Assembly (NCBI GenBank): GCA_000388065.2
Contig: KB932201.1
Reading direction: 5' to 3' (one strand)
From: Fonticula alba ATCC 38817
Taxonomy: Eukaryota > Protista > Nucleariida
Length of the DNA: 60,543 bases
In this document: piece after piece, positions 10,067-22,400 of the stretch
Position numbering within the stretch: the first letter of the stretch is position 1
Layout of the letters: each line of letters opens with the position of its first letter
The notes under the pieces: model-generated
What the model saw: the letters and a program-made list of their open reading frames with translations, nothing else
What the model was told of the DNA's origin: nothing
Databases searched by the model: none
Translations under genes and position numbers: made by a program

Positions 10067-12153
10067 TTAGTTGGCGGCAACCTTGGCGGTGGCGGCGTCG
10101 ATGGCGTTGACCTTGCGCTTGAGGACAAGGGCGGCACGCTTCTCGCGCTGCTCCTTGATGCGCTGGGCAAGGATGGCCTGGTACTCGGCGGCAGCCTCGC
10201 GGTGGGAAGCCTTGCGCTCCTTGCGCTCGGCAAGGAGGGCGCGCTTGCGCTGCAGGCGCTGGGGGGTGACCAGGCGCTGGATGGCGGGGGCCTTGGAGCC
10301 GACCTTCTTGTCGCCCTTCATGATGTCACGGCGAACAACGTAGTCGCAGACGTTGTCCTCCTTGGACAGGTTCTGTGTAGAGAGAGAGGAGAGGGAGAGA
10401 TGGGCGGGTGGTGGAAGGGAGGGGAGGAGGAGGATGAACTGCGTTAGGAGGGGAGAGAGAGACAGAGGGGGAGAGGGCAGGCAAGGTGCTGGAGTGCGGG
10501 GGGATGGAGGGCCTCAGAGAGGGCGGGCGAGGGTGTGTGTGTGTGTGTTGCCTCATGTTCAAAGTTCTCAGTCACGAAATTTGTTACTCAGACAGGGATA
10601 ACTTGAAAAAATTCTTCATCGGTCACCACACACACACACACACACGGACGCGACCACACACGGTCCAGCGCGCGCGAATCTTCCTCCCGCTCTCCTCTCC
10701 CCGAGAGTGACACACGGAGGGGGGAGGAGAAGGGGAAGAGATATGTCGCACATGGCTCTCGCGCGCTGCCACAACCCTCTCCTCGAAGGGCCTCCATCGC
10801 TACGTTAGTCGGCCCCACATATGGCCGCAGCACCGCCGCCCGCGTGGTGGCAGAAGCGGCCATGATGGGGGAGAGGGGGGAATGGAGAATGCACGGGGCA
10901 CGCACGAAGAGCTTGCGGATCTTGGAGGCACGCTTGGGGCCCAGGCGGACGGGCTTGGTGACATCGTTGAGGCCGGGGACGGTCTCGGCACCACGGCGGA
11001 CGACGACGAGGTTCATGACGGAGAGGTCGGAACCAGTGATGCAGCCACGGACGGACTTGCGCTTGCGCTCACCAGTGCGGCGGGGGCGGTAGCAGGACAT
11101 GCCCTTGGAGAAAAGGAGGCGGACACGGCCGTGGGACATGATACCCTGCATCATGGGGAAACCCTGCTTGTCGTTACCACCGGTAATCTTGAAGACGTAG
11201 CCCTTGAACTCCTCACCGAGGGAGTCGCCAGCAACCTCCTGCGACATGCGCTTGTCGAGGAAGGGAGCGATCTTGCGCTCATCCTCGATGTCAAGGAGCT
11301 TCTGGCCGCCAGTCTGGGGATCAGCGATGTTGAACTGTGGGGAGGGAGAGAGGGAGAGAGAGAGGTGTGTGCAAACGACAGCCGGGAGAGTTAGACACAT
11401 GACACAACCACCGGGCCATCGTGGCCCAGGAGGAGGGCGCCAGTCGGGGGAGAGAGAGAGAGAGACCGCGGAAGCGCGCAATCACGCCTCAGAGAACCGC
11501 CAGAGGAGACACAAACGACGGAAGAACCGGCGGATGTGGGAAATAAATCCTGCATCCGACAAAACCCAGGACCCACGGGGAACACACGAGCACAGGGAGC
11601 GCATGTGCGGCTGCCCGGCGTGGCTTCCGCAGGGCCCCAGGGGACCGAGAGAGGGGGGGAAGAGGGCCAGTGATAGGGGGGGCGCGCAGACCGGCAGCAC
11701 GAGCGACGGAGGGGACACAGGCGACCATTGTCCTCCTCCTGCTCTTCTCGATCCTCCCTCCCTCTCTCGGATATGCACCCTGGCGCAGGGGTCTCTCCCC
11801 TAACAGGGGGAGATACAGGCTCAGGGTGGTCGGGCGCAAAAGGGGAGAGCGACAACCATAACCGACGGCGGACACCGGCGATAGGTATGTCCCTCTCTCG
11901 AACGGGCGCGGGGCGGGGTGTGTGTCTCCTCTGACGTGCTCTGCGGTGGGGGGGGGAGGCGGACGCGCTCTTCCGGCGGCGATCGGGGGCATGGGTGCAA
12001 ACAGAAGGGAGAGGAGGGCGGAGGGAGGGCAGCATGGCGGGGAAGGGGAGGAGTGACGAAGGCAAAGCGGAAGGAGACAAGGGACAGAGAGAGAGAGAGA
12101 AGGAGAAGCAGTCAATCGCGCGCGGCGAAAGAGGCAAAAGTACGAACCTTCAT
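10067..12153 (-). CDS. RPS6: 40S ribosomal protein S6 (eS6)
   Basis: Exons 12153-12148 (MK), 11334-10906 (FNIADP...[12 protein letters not shown]...[16 protein letters not shown]...[13 protein letters not shown]) and 10372-10067 (NLSKEDNV...[11 protein letters not shown]). Splice sites are canonical. Confidence 0.98.
10550..10626 (-). ncRNA. snR38: Intronic box C/D snoRNA, snR38/SNORD1 family (predicted LSU rRNA 2'-O-methylation guide)
   Basis: The minus strand reads CCGATGA (C-like, 10622-10616), then AGTTATCCCTGT immediately followed by CTGA (D', 10591-10588), then GTGACTGA, then ATGA (10556-10553). The 12-nt guide is perfectly complementary to the conserved LSU rRNA sequence ACAGGGAUAACU. 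The element is an AT-rich island in a C-rich intron. Confidence 0.8.
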
Positions 12154-13594
12154 ACTTATACACCCTCACGTCACACACAATTTAAAAGAAAACGCGATAG
12201 GGGAGGTTGAGGCGCCAACCTGGGAGAGCGGCCTCGGGACGATGGCTGAAAAGCCATCAGGGCTTGCCCGCTGCCAGCCCCGTCGCGCGGGGAGCCACAC
12301 CCCCGCGCTACCCCGCGAGTCCCCCTCTCCCTCGCCGGGGGGGGGGCGGGGGCGGGGGCGGGTCACACACCGCCCCTGGAGGCCGCCCAAGTGTGGCTTC
12401 CCCGGTGGCCCACCCCCCCACCCCACCCGGCCCCTTCTCGGGAGGCCGTTTCCCCTCCCCCCCCCTCCCCACCCAGGAAGAGGGGGGGAAGCGACGCCCA
12501 CAAGATGCCGAGCCGTTCTCGGCGGAGTGCGAAGAAAACAGAAACACACGCCGACACGTCGGCCTCTTCCACCCAAGCGGGGGGGGGGGGGAGGAGGGAT
12601 GCAAGGAGACCGACCCGCCACTCCGCCCCCCGGGCTCCCCTCCCCCAGAAAGGCCAGGGAACCTGGACGCGCGGGGGAGACCGCCGCGTCGGCGGAGCTC
12701 TCAATACACGACAGCGCACATGCTCGGCCCCTGTCTTTCGAAGGGGGACGGACATGGGAGTCTGTCTGCCGCGGCCGCCCCCCCCCCCCACCGCGCCCGG
12801 AGCCCGGCAGGGAAGAACGCCAGCCGGCCCCAGACCACGCAGCCACCGAATTATCTAAATGCGCCCGAGGAAAGCAAAGGGGCCCCCACCGCGCGCCCAA
12901 AACATCGGGCCGGACACGGTCGTGGCTGGAGAGAGCAATCCACCGACTCGGCACCGGCCCCAAGGCCAGAGGGCTCTGGCTCTTTCTCCGCCTCTCTTTT
13001 TCCATCCATACCCCCTGGGTTTCTGGGCGTCCAAGAGCGATGTGATCCCCTCTCGCCGCCCGCCCCCCCCCCCCCGGCCGGTGGAGAGAGTGGCACACAC
13101 CTATGCATGCGCCCGTCCATGTGCCCGGGATGAACCCCATCAATTCACGCAGAATATAGGATACTAAAATAAGGACATTATCCACTGGTCAGTGCCTTTC
13201 TGCTTGCCCCTGGCTAAGGGCATGCCTGAGTCCTCTGGACGCATCCCTTGTTTGGCCCCACCCCACCTCCCCCCGCATGCGGACCAAACGCCGCCGGGAG
13301 TGCCACTGTCCGTTGCAGACATGTTTGCTCAACTGCTCATGCACCCGGACGCATGTGCGTTGGGGATGCCCCCGCGCAGGGGAGGTGTGTGCACGCAACA
13401 CCGATGCCATCATTTGTTGCGATCAGACTTCCCTCTCGAGTGGCCCCCTCCCCCCCCCCCCCCCCCGCCGGTCCTTGTTCGGTGGGGATACATTTGCCGC
13501 AGGGGGGTTGGGGCTCGTGTCAATCCTAAAGGGCCATTGGAGCACCCCTCGAAGACTGCCAATGTAATGAAAATGATCACACTCTATTCGCGAC

Positions 13595-15403
13595 TCACGA
13601 GCCGAGAAAATTAAAGCTCGTGATCTCGCCATCGTCCGAGTCGTCCCCGTCGTCCAGGGCTGATCCTGTCGCCGCCGGGATGCCGGGGAGATTGGTGAAG
13701 GAGCGGATCCCATTGACCGATGCCGGGAAGGGGCCGATGGTGGAAGTGTGCCGATTGCCGGTTGCCACCGGCGTTGCCACCGTGCCCGGGCCACCGCCAT
13801 GCGCCGAGGAGGACACATCTCGCGGAGCTGACCGGTGGTGGTAGTGGCTGCTCGTGAGTGAGGGGGCCCCGATCCCGGCGAAGATGGCGTCCTCATTCTC
13901 GATGTCCGGCGAGACGCCACCCGCGCGGGGGTCACCCCCGGCGGACGGCCGACCGCCATCCTGCCCATGGGCGAGGGGACTGTCAGGGGCAATGGTTGCC
14001 GCCGATGCCTGTGTCGGCCCGCGGCGCCATATTCCGTTGATGGTCCAGCCGGCCGCCGAGGCTGCCGTGCCGTGGGCAGGTGCACCACCGTGGGTGCTGA
14101 GAGGAGAGGGAGGGGGGAGAAGTGGAGGAGAAGGAGCAGGGAGGATGGGTGGCGAGAAAAGTCAGACTAAGGGGTAGGGAGGGGCAAGGCCGTATGGTGA
14201 AGCTGTTGGCTGGTCTCGACATCCTGCGAATCAAATGGGAGGAGGGGGAAAAAAAAGAGCAACAGCCAGCAGTAGGTGGCATCGATAGATAGCCACCAGG
14301 CAGGGACATCGCGGAGCAGCGGTGGGCAGATACGCACTGGGCGCCCTTCTTCCGGGCCAACGCCCGACGGCGCTTCTTCTCAGCAAGATACTGGCTTTCC
14401 TTGATCGCGAAGGCCAGCGTCGCGACGCAGATGGAGAAGATGATGACACTCAGGATGGTAATCGAGCCGAGCTCGTAGCAGGTGATGCGCAGGCCGTTTG
14501 GACTGCAGGCTACGATGTGTGTGTGTGTGTGTGTGTGTTTGTGCAGGTGGATTCCCACCAAGGCAGCAGCGGCATGTTTGTTTAGTGTTGGCGGCCGGCT
14601 GCCGGCAGGATGATGGGAAAGGGACAGGTGCCCAGATGTGGCGTACGGAAGGGACATGACTGATCCAACGGCAGGCAGCGTGATGCCTGGTGACACCATT
14701 TGCAACTGGCGCCCACAACCCGATGAGCATCATTGCACTTGGTCAAAGATGAGTAGACGAGGCAGTCTAAGTGCGCCTATGGTCAGCGGGCATGGGAGGG
14801 AGGGACCGGAGGAGGTGCGGCAACCAGAGCATACCATCTTGAAAAGTAAATAGAGGGTTGACCACGGAGGAGCCCCCCGTGGCAGTGGTGACGACGATCG
14901 GCAGGGCCACATCCCCGGCGACAGCCGCCTGGTCCTTCGCGGGCCGCTGCTTGTATACTTTGCGATAGTCCACAACACAGGCGATCTGGAGAGAGTCCGT
15001 GTAGACCAGCGTGTCCCGGCAACTCACCCCACCAAAGGTGACATCCAGAACGTCATCCTGTGCCCCGGGAGTGCGGCATGTCAGTGGGCATTCTCACACA
15101 TGCACGCTCGCATGTAAGCGCGTGCCACACAAACACACACACACATGGGCCACGCGCGACCATGCATGTCTGAGTGTATGGGCATATATCAGAGCAGGAG
15201 GCACGTACCGGCGACAGGCCGAGGTTGTTGCCCCGGATCCACATCAGCGTCTGAACCATCTTCGGCGAGGAGGAGGGCTGAATGTGGTCAATATGCGGGG
15301 GGGTAGACACCGCAGGGGGGGGATCCTCCCGGGCTGCGGCAGCCATCAGGGTCAGGGCCAGCACCAGCGCCAGGTGGAGAAGGCGCCGGGGGAGCGTGGC
15401 CAT
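13595..15403 (-). CDS. Type I membrane protein: signal peptide, IPT/TIG-like domain, one TM helix, low-complexity cytoplasmic tail
   Basis: Signal peptide MATLPRRLLHLALVLALTLMAAAA; IPT-like strands HIDHIQPSSSP...MWIRGNNLG, QIACVV and PIVVTTATGGSS; TM segment LGSITILSVIIFSICVATLAFAI followed by KKRRR. The last exon ends SFNFLGS-stop at 13595. Multi-exon; the middle exons are approximate. Confidence 0.7.
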
Positions 15404-16076
15404 GGTGGCTGTTTGGCTCGGGTGGCCGGTGGCAGTGGCAAGGTGCAGGTGGCTCGAAGGCGTGGGAGAGAGGATCGCAGGTAGGGAAGAGTGGATGGAG
15501 AGAAGGAGCGGAAGTATATGGGAGCGGGGAGGTATGGTGTGGCGATCGGGGGTCCTGGCTGGGGCAGAGGGGTCGCAGAAAAGCCCCGCTCCTCTCCTCA
15601 GCNNNNNNNNNNNNNNNNNNNNNNNNNNNNNNNNNNNNNNNNNNNNNNNNNNNNNNNNNNNNNNNNNNNNNNNNNNNNNNNNNNNNNNNNNNNNNNNNNN
15701 NNNNNNNNNNNNNNNNNNNNNNNNNNNNNNNNNNNNNNNNNNNNNNNNNNNNNNNNNNNNNNNNNNNNNNNNNNNNNNNNNNNNNNNNNNNNNNNNNCCC
15801 CCCCCCCCCCCCCCCCCCCGCCTTTTGCACCTCCTTTCACGGAACTCTCCCGCCTCCCATACATACACACACACACACACGCTGGTCGTTAGCATATTGC
15901 TGTCCAGAAGAAGGCACTGCCCCTAAAGTACTCTTCCTCTTCCTCCTCCTCCTCCTCCTCCTCCTCCTCCTCCTCCCTGCCTCGTCTCCCTTCCCGTCCA
16001 CCAGTAGTCCCATCGGCTCCTCGGCGCTGACGCAGCCTTCCTGCGCCTTTGCCAGCCTCGCAAATAGGCAGTCCGG

Positions 16077-16425
16077 ATGGCCGCCGGAGGTCGCGGGCCC
16101 GAGCCTGGGGATAATGGCGAAAATGTCGGCTCGGAAGCAGAGCGCAGCATGTGCGCACAGCAACTGCCCCCAGCCGGCCCTCGCCCTGGGAACACCCTGC
16201 AGCCTGGGCCCCCTTCTGCCCCAGTATCGCCCCTTTTGTCGGTGATCATGTCAGCTGGCGAGGTGGTGTCATTTCCGTCCTCCGGGGCACCGGCAGCATC
16301 GACTCGCCCTTTCAAAATGGAGTCCCCCACCTTGAGCTCCCTGGGTCGATCCATCAGCCGGGCACCCAGGCGCGAGCATCTGCCCCCTCGCACGACGGCC
16401 AACACCACCACCACGACCGCCACGA

Positions 16426-16456
<31 letters not shown>

Positions 16457-19400
16457 TGCGGCCGCCATCGCCCCCAGCGACGGCGTGGTGGACTTGACCA
16501 TGGATTCAAGTGAGTCGGATGGCGCACGCCGCGAGGGAAAGCCACGGCGCATGGCTTGGACCAGGCCAGACTCTCCGAAAATCCCTCCCATCAGTCCGCT
16601 AATCTCTTCGCTACAATGGCCACGCGATTCGGTGCCCCTCACCCGGCGCCGGCCAGCGCCTGCCGTCGCGGCACCCATCAACCAAACCCTGGAGACACAA
16701 AGGCTCGCTGCTCTTACCCGGGCCACCATCACTTTTGGTGATCCCATCAACCTCAGTGCTGCCATTGAAACAATCGAAGGGAGACCCCCGCCCGGACCCG
16801 GGCCGGCATCATCATCCGGGCGCCAGGCGCCCGGTGTGACCCTCGCCGATGCCTGTCGACTGCTGGTGGATGGCCGCCTGAGCAGCTTGTCGCTGTTGAA
16901 TGCATTGCAATTCTGGCAATGCTGCGCACAACTCGGCCGGATGCCAGGCCAGGCGGACATTCCACCATTGGGATTGCCCCACCCTGCGGACCCGGTCGAT
17001 GGTATGCCCCTCGGTAGCTTGCTGGCACTCATTGGTCTCCCTCATGGTGTCTTCATCGAGGCCATGCGTTTGGTGGAGGAATCGCCGGTGTATGGGCTGT
17101 TTGCCGGGCGACGCTACTCGCCCGCACTGCCAGCGGCGGCCCTCCAGTTTCCGGCCTTACTCAGCGACGATGGCGTCTTGCTGATTCCGGACATGTTGTC
17201 ACCGCTCTTTGGCCTGAACCAAAGCTCCGCGGCTGGCTTGGCGGCTGTGCCGCTGTCCGCCACTCTGACACCGGGGCACGACGCTCTTCCGATCTGCCCG
17301 CACTGCCAGCGGCGGCCCTCCAGTTTCCGGCCTTACTCAGCGACGATGGCGTCTTGCTGATTCCGGACATGTTGTCACCGCTCTTTGGCCTGAACCAAAG
17401 CTCCGCGGCTGGCTTGGCGGCTGTGCCGCTGTCCGCCACTCTGACACCGGGGCAGCTCCCCGCGGCATATGCAGCGACAGCGACACCCATCGACTCCGTG
17501 GGCAATATCCGCCACGCTGACGCATTGGATATGGCCGAGTCAAAGAGCGCCATCTTCGGGGCAGCGGAGCCCCCTGCGCCGGGTTTCCGTCTGGAGATCG
17601 CCCCCATCCGGGAGGACGATGCCCCGGTGGAAGATGAGATCGGAAGAGCGTCGTGACGCTGACGCATTGGATATGGCCGAGTCAAAGAGCGCCATCTTCG
17701 GGGCAGCGGAGCCCCCTGCGCCGGGTTTCCGTCTGGAGATCGCCCCCATCCGGGAGGACGATGCCCCGGTGGAAGATGCGGCAGGCCAGGTCGATCCTTT
17801 GGCCGAGTCCCAATCGCCGGATGGGCCGAACCAACGCCTGAAGGCTCTGCAGGGACGCCTACAGCAGGTGATTGCCCATGGCGTGCCTGACCGAACGGCC
17901 CTCCGGAACATCCAGCACGCCCTGCTGCAACAAATCCGCCAGGAGCGGGCCAATCAGCCCCCCCGGCGACTTGCCGGGTTATACAGCGAGCCCCTGGGTC
18001 GACTGGCTGATGCGCGCTTTCTCCATTTACGACATGGGATCGCTCGAACCCGGGCTCAAATTCGCCAGTCGCAGACCCTGCCCGAAGCCAAATCCCGTCT
18101 GTGCGTCGGCGGAAGCTCGTACATTTGGGATATGCACGCGTATGCCGGGTATTTGAGTCACTGGGGGTGGAGGGCTTCCAGTCGCGGTGGATCCTCCATC
18201 GAGTCATCTACCGACACCTCGGCCGGCTTGGCTTCCGGCCCGCCTGGTGGTGACCCTGCACGAGTGATTCCCTTCGGTCCCCAACGGGGTGAGGTGGTGG
18301 ACTTCCGCTTTCCCGGCCGGCGGGCCCTTCGCCGGGGTACTCGCAATGGGGTGCCCGGCCAGCGCGGCTGGACCAGCCACCAGCGGCTGCTGATGCGGGG
18401 GCATGCTTTCCGCCTGCGTCGGGCGCTTGGCCTGCCGCCACAATGTCGCAGGCCCCTGGATCCTGGTCCCCTTCCGAAGCCGTTGGTGGCGGCCGGCGTG
18501 GAGGGCGTCGGGCTTTCGGCCGACCGGCGGCGTTTCAGCGACTGGACCGCCCAATCGGTGATTGACTGGGATGAGCTTGGTCGACTGGCAGCGCAAACCG
18601 GGCGCACCCCGGTCGAGTTGGCTCTTTATGGGCGAACGGTGGCCGCCGTGTCGGGGCGCATTTCGCGTGTGGGTGGTGCCGCTGAGCGGGCTCTCTTCAA
18701 TTGGGGCGATGTGGCCCCGGGGCCCACCGGCGAGGGGGCCGTGTCTCCGGTGCCAACCTGTCGAATGTGTTGCCGAGCCTGTGGAACCGGCGGCCCTGAT
18801 GATGCCTTGCCGCTGGATGCCTCGCGGCATTGCCACTGGCCGAATGCCGAGGATATGCCCACCGCGCGCTATTCGCTTGGGCGCTTCATCCCGGCGGATC
18901 TTCCCCGGTGTACCTCTTGCGGGAGCCAGCTCCTGTCGCCGATGCCCGGCCCCGGCCGGGTGGACCCATCCCCATGGTTGAGCCCGGTGGCACTGGCCAA
19001 GCACGATGGCAGCGACACCGGCAGCACCGGGGCCAGCGATGCCGATGTGGACTCTGGCGACTCCTCTGATTCCGACCTGTCGGATCTCGAGGGGCACGGC
19101 AGCCTGCTTGAGGGGGCTCTCCGCCGTGGGCCCGGCCGGTCCGCCGATCCGACCGCTCACATCAGCCTCCACGACTCCTCGTCCTCCGATTCCGATTCAC
19201 TGTCTTCCGGCTCCTCCTCCTCCTCCTCCCTCCCAAGCGATGAGAGCCTTCCCCAATTGCCGGCAAGCGACTCCGAAGTGTCGGGCCTTGACTCCGATGA
19301 TCCGGATCGCCACCTTGCCGGAAAGCCGGAGGCCCCTCCGCATGGTGTACTTCCAGCTCTCCCGGCTCCGGGAGGCCCACCCGTGCCGGGCACAGGCAAG

Positions 19401-22400
19401 TCCGAGCTTCCGATCGCCACAGAGGCCGATCTGGAGAATGCCGGCACACGGGCCACCGTTGAGCGTCGGTATCTACCGCCGCCGACGTCGCGCCGGCGGC
19501 CAGCCGCGAAATCACCCCGTCGGGTGCCTCTCTTCACGGCGGGCCTCCCGGAGGAGATCCTGTCGCGGGATTACCCGATTAGTCAAGCGGAGGAGTTTGC
19601 GCGGATGTGGGGCGTGCCGGCGGTGTCGCCGCACGATCCCCGGCGCCTGGCGGTGTATGACATTGGTCCCCATGCGGATTTGGCTCCCCGGTGGCCCGGG
19701 CCAAGCATGCTGTTCGGTGATCAAGCCACCTCCGGTTGGGATTTCCTGCGGCAGCTGTATGACGCCTTTCACGAGGTGGTCAGCAACCCGGCGGCGCCGA
19801 TTTCCGTCCTGCGCCTGCTCCGCACGCTCGGGCGCTCGGTTGTGCCGCTGGTGTATCATGCCCTGCCGAATCCGGACAGCGCGGCCTGGTTCCTGCAGCT
19901 GGAGACCCGGCAGCTGAGGTTCACGCGGCCGGAGTACATTTGGTCCGGTCTTGGGGCCGGAGCCGTGAGCTTGTGCGATTTGACCGACGAGCAGCAGGGC
20001 CACTTGGCGCCCCTGGTATTTGGAACACATCCCACTGGCGCCGATCGGCTCCTGCAGGCCGCAAGCTTTACCTTCCCCCGGCGAGTGGGGTCGACGGTCA
20101 GCCGGCCGGGGCGGTGGTTTTTGCCCGGGGGCTTCCCCGGGTCTGGGCGGCTGCACCCTGCGCCGCAGCACCTGAGCCCATGGCTTGGTCGGACGGAGGC
20201 GGTCTTTTCCCGGCGATCTCCCTTGGACACGCGTCGGCTCATGTCGCTGGAGTTCGAGTCCCTCGAGTGCCGTGCCCGGAGCGACGGCCTGACCCGGCCG
20301 GATCGGCCGGACTCCGACTCGGACGCGGATCCGGGCCGTGAGTTGAGCCGGCTGCCGGCCCGGCTGCGCCACCGGGCGCAAGCCCTCACCGGGGCATATG
20401 CACCCTCGGACTCGGACCCGTACGACTCGGACCATGACAGTGATCCGGGGGATTCGCAGGTGGCCATCCATACGGGCATGCCGTTGGTTCTCTTCTTTCA
20501 AAATCTGCGCGATGGCCTGTTGAAGCAGGCCCCGCTTCCGGACCCGGGGCCCGATCCCCCGGTGCCAAGTGGCCCCGGGTCCCACCGGCTGCCCCCGGGG
20601 GAAATCGATCCTGTGGGTGTCGAGGCGGAGCTCTCCTTCCGCCGGGATCTTCTCCGGCGGACGGCCATGCTGCAGCCCATGCGGCTGACTGATGACCCGC
20701 GCCAGTATCTGGAGGAGGATCGGGCGATGCTGGCCCAGCGCCGCGCAGAGAACCGAGCCCGACGGGCAGATGCCTTTGCTTGGGCCCGGCTGCGTGCTGC
20801 CAAGGCGGCCGGCCAGCCGACGCCTCGAGGGGCCCATCCACCCGATGCGTTGATCCGGCATGATCGTTGTGTGCACATTGCCCGGCGGTGCGCTCCCTCC
20901 TGTGGTCCTTTTTTTTTTCCCTCTTTCCTCGCCCCCATTTGCTCGGCCCCCTGCTCCCATCCTTCGGGCACTGTCTGACCACCTTTTGCTGCGCCTCCCT
21001 CTTCCTTGTGCTTTCCCCCCATCCCACAGACTCTATCTACAGCACCCGGACGCGTGGATCACCACGCGTGCGGTGAACCAGTTGGCGCTGGCGGCTCGGA
21101 TGTTCGCCCGACGTGTGGCCCGGGTGGCGGCACATCTGGCTGTGGCCTCGGCACATCGTTTGGCTGCTCCGCGGCTGGCATCTCCGCATTGGCGCCGGCG
21201 TGCCCTACGAAACTCGGCACAGGTGGATGCCACTCACGTGGCGGAGGCCCTACGCATGGTGGCTCAAGCGCGCCCGCGCGAGGTCCTCTCCAAACCCAGT
21301 CGACTGATGGCCATCTGGTCGGCCGATCCGCAATGGTATGTGTCTTGTCGGTTTCAGTTGCTTTCCACCCTTCCACCATTGCCGATGCTCCTGGGGAGGC
21401 CTCTTCTGACGCGAGCCCGTGCTTCCTTGTTCTCCTGGGGGGGGGGGTCCATGCCGAAACAGGCTCCTCTTCGATCCGGAGCCCGCGCAGCCGGATTTCA
21501 TGGAACGCATCTTCGGCGGTGAGCCGGGACACTTCGATGATCCCATGCTGGGCCCACCGCGGCCACGGCTGCACCATGCAGCCACCCGTCTGCCAGGGTT
21601 GTACAAGTCGCCGGACCATGTTTTGGATGTCCCTTCCGACGAGGAGGAGGCTGCCGACGGAGCAGCGGCATCTCCAGCTGCGACCGCGGCGGCCGGTGCG
21701 GCCCCCGAGCCGGTCGCCATGTCACCCATCCCCCTGTCTTCCTCTTCTTCCGGGGCAGATTCCGCTCTTGAGCGCTATTTCAACATGCAGCTCTCGGCAG
21801 CCGGGTCCTCGAGCTGCTCGGAGGACGGCCGCATGGGGCCGGGGAAGCGTCCGCGTGATGGCGTATTGGAGCATGCGGCGCCGGTGACCAAGCGCCTGGC
21901 CACCGGCCGCGGGTCGCTCACTCCCGCGACCCTACGCGACTTGCTGGATGATGTGCCCCTGTCAACTGGGCCCTCATCCTCGGAGGAGGAGCCGGAGGAG
22001 GTCATCGATGGGGCTCTACTCCACCCAAGCCAAGGGGACTCCCAGTCGCAGCCGCTCTTTTCCCACCCGGATCCTCGACTGTCGAGCCCTCTTTTGTCGT
22101 TGGATGCCGGCACTCTGGCATCCGGCTCCGACAGTGACACCCTAGCCGGGGCTTTCTTCGACCCAATGGAACGTGCGGAATTGGATCTCCGTTCGGGCCT
22201 GCCCTCGGGCCATGGGGTCCTCCCTGTCGCCGGTGTTGGTGTTGGCCACAGCAGCAGTGACACGGGGGACAGCAGTGGCAGCGGCAGCAGCAACGGCAGC
22301 AACGGCAGCGGCAGCAGCGACAGCAGCAGCGACGGCAGCAGCGACGGCAGCAGCGATAGCGACGGCCCCAGCGACATAGACACCGCTGCTGGCGGCGAAA

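Noticed and set aside
17120-17778. Tandem duplications as a biological repeat, mobile-element footprint or programmed frameshift
   Set aside because: The spacers are exact Illumina adapter sequences, so this is an artefact.
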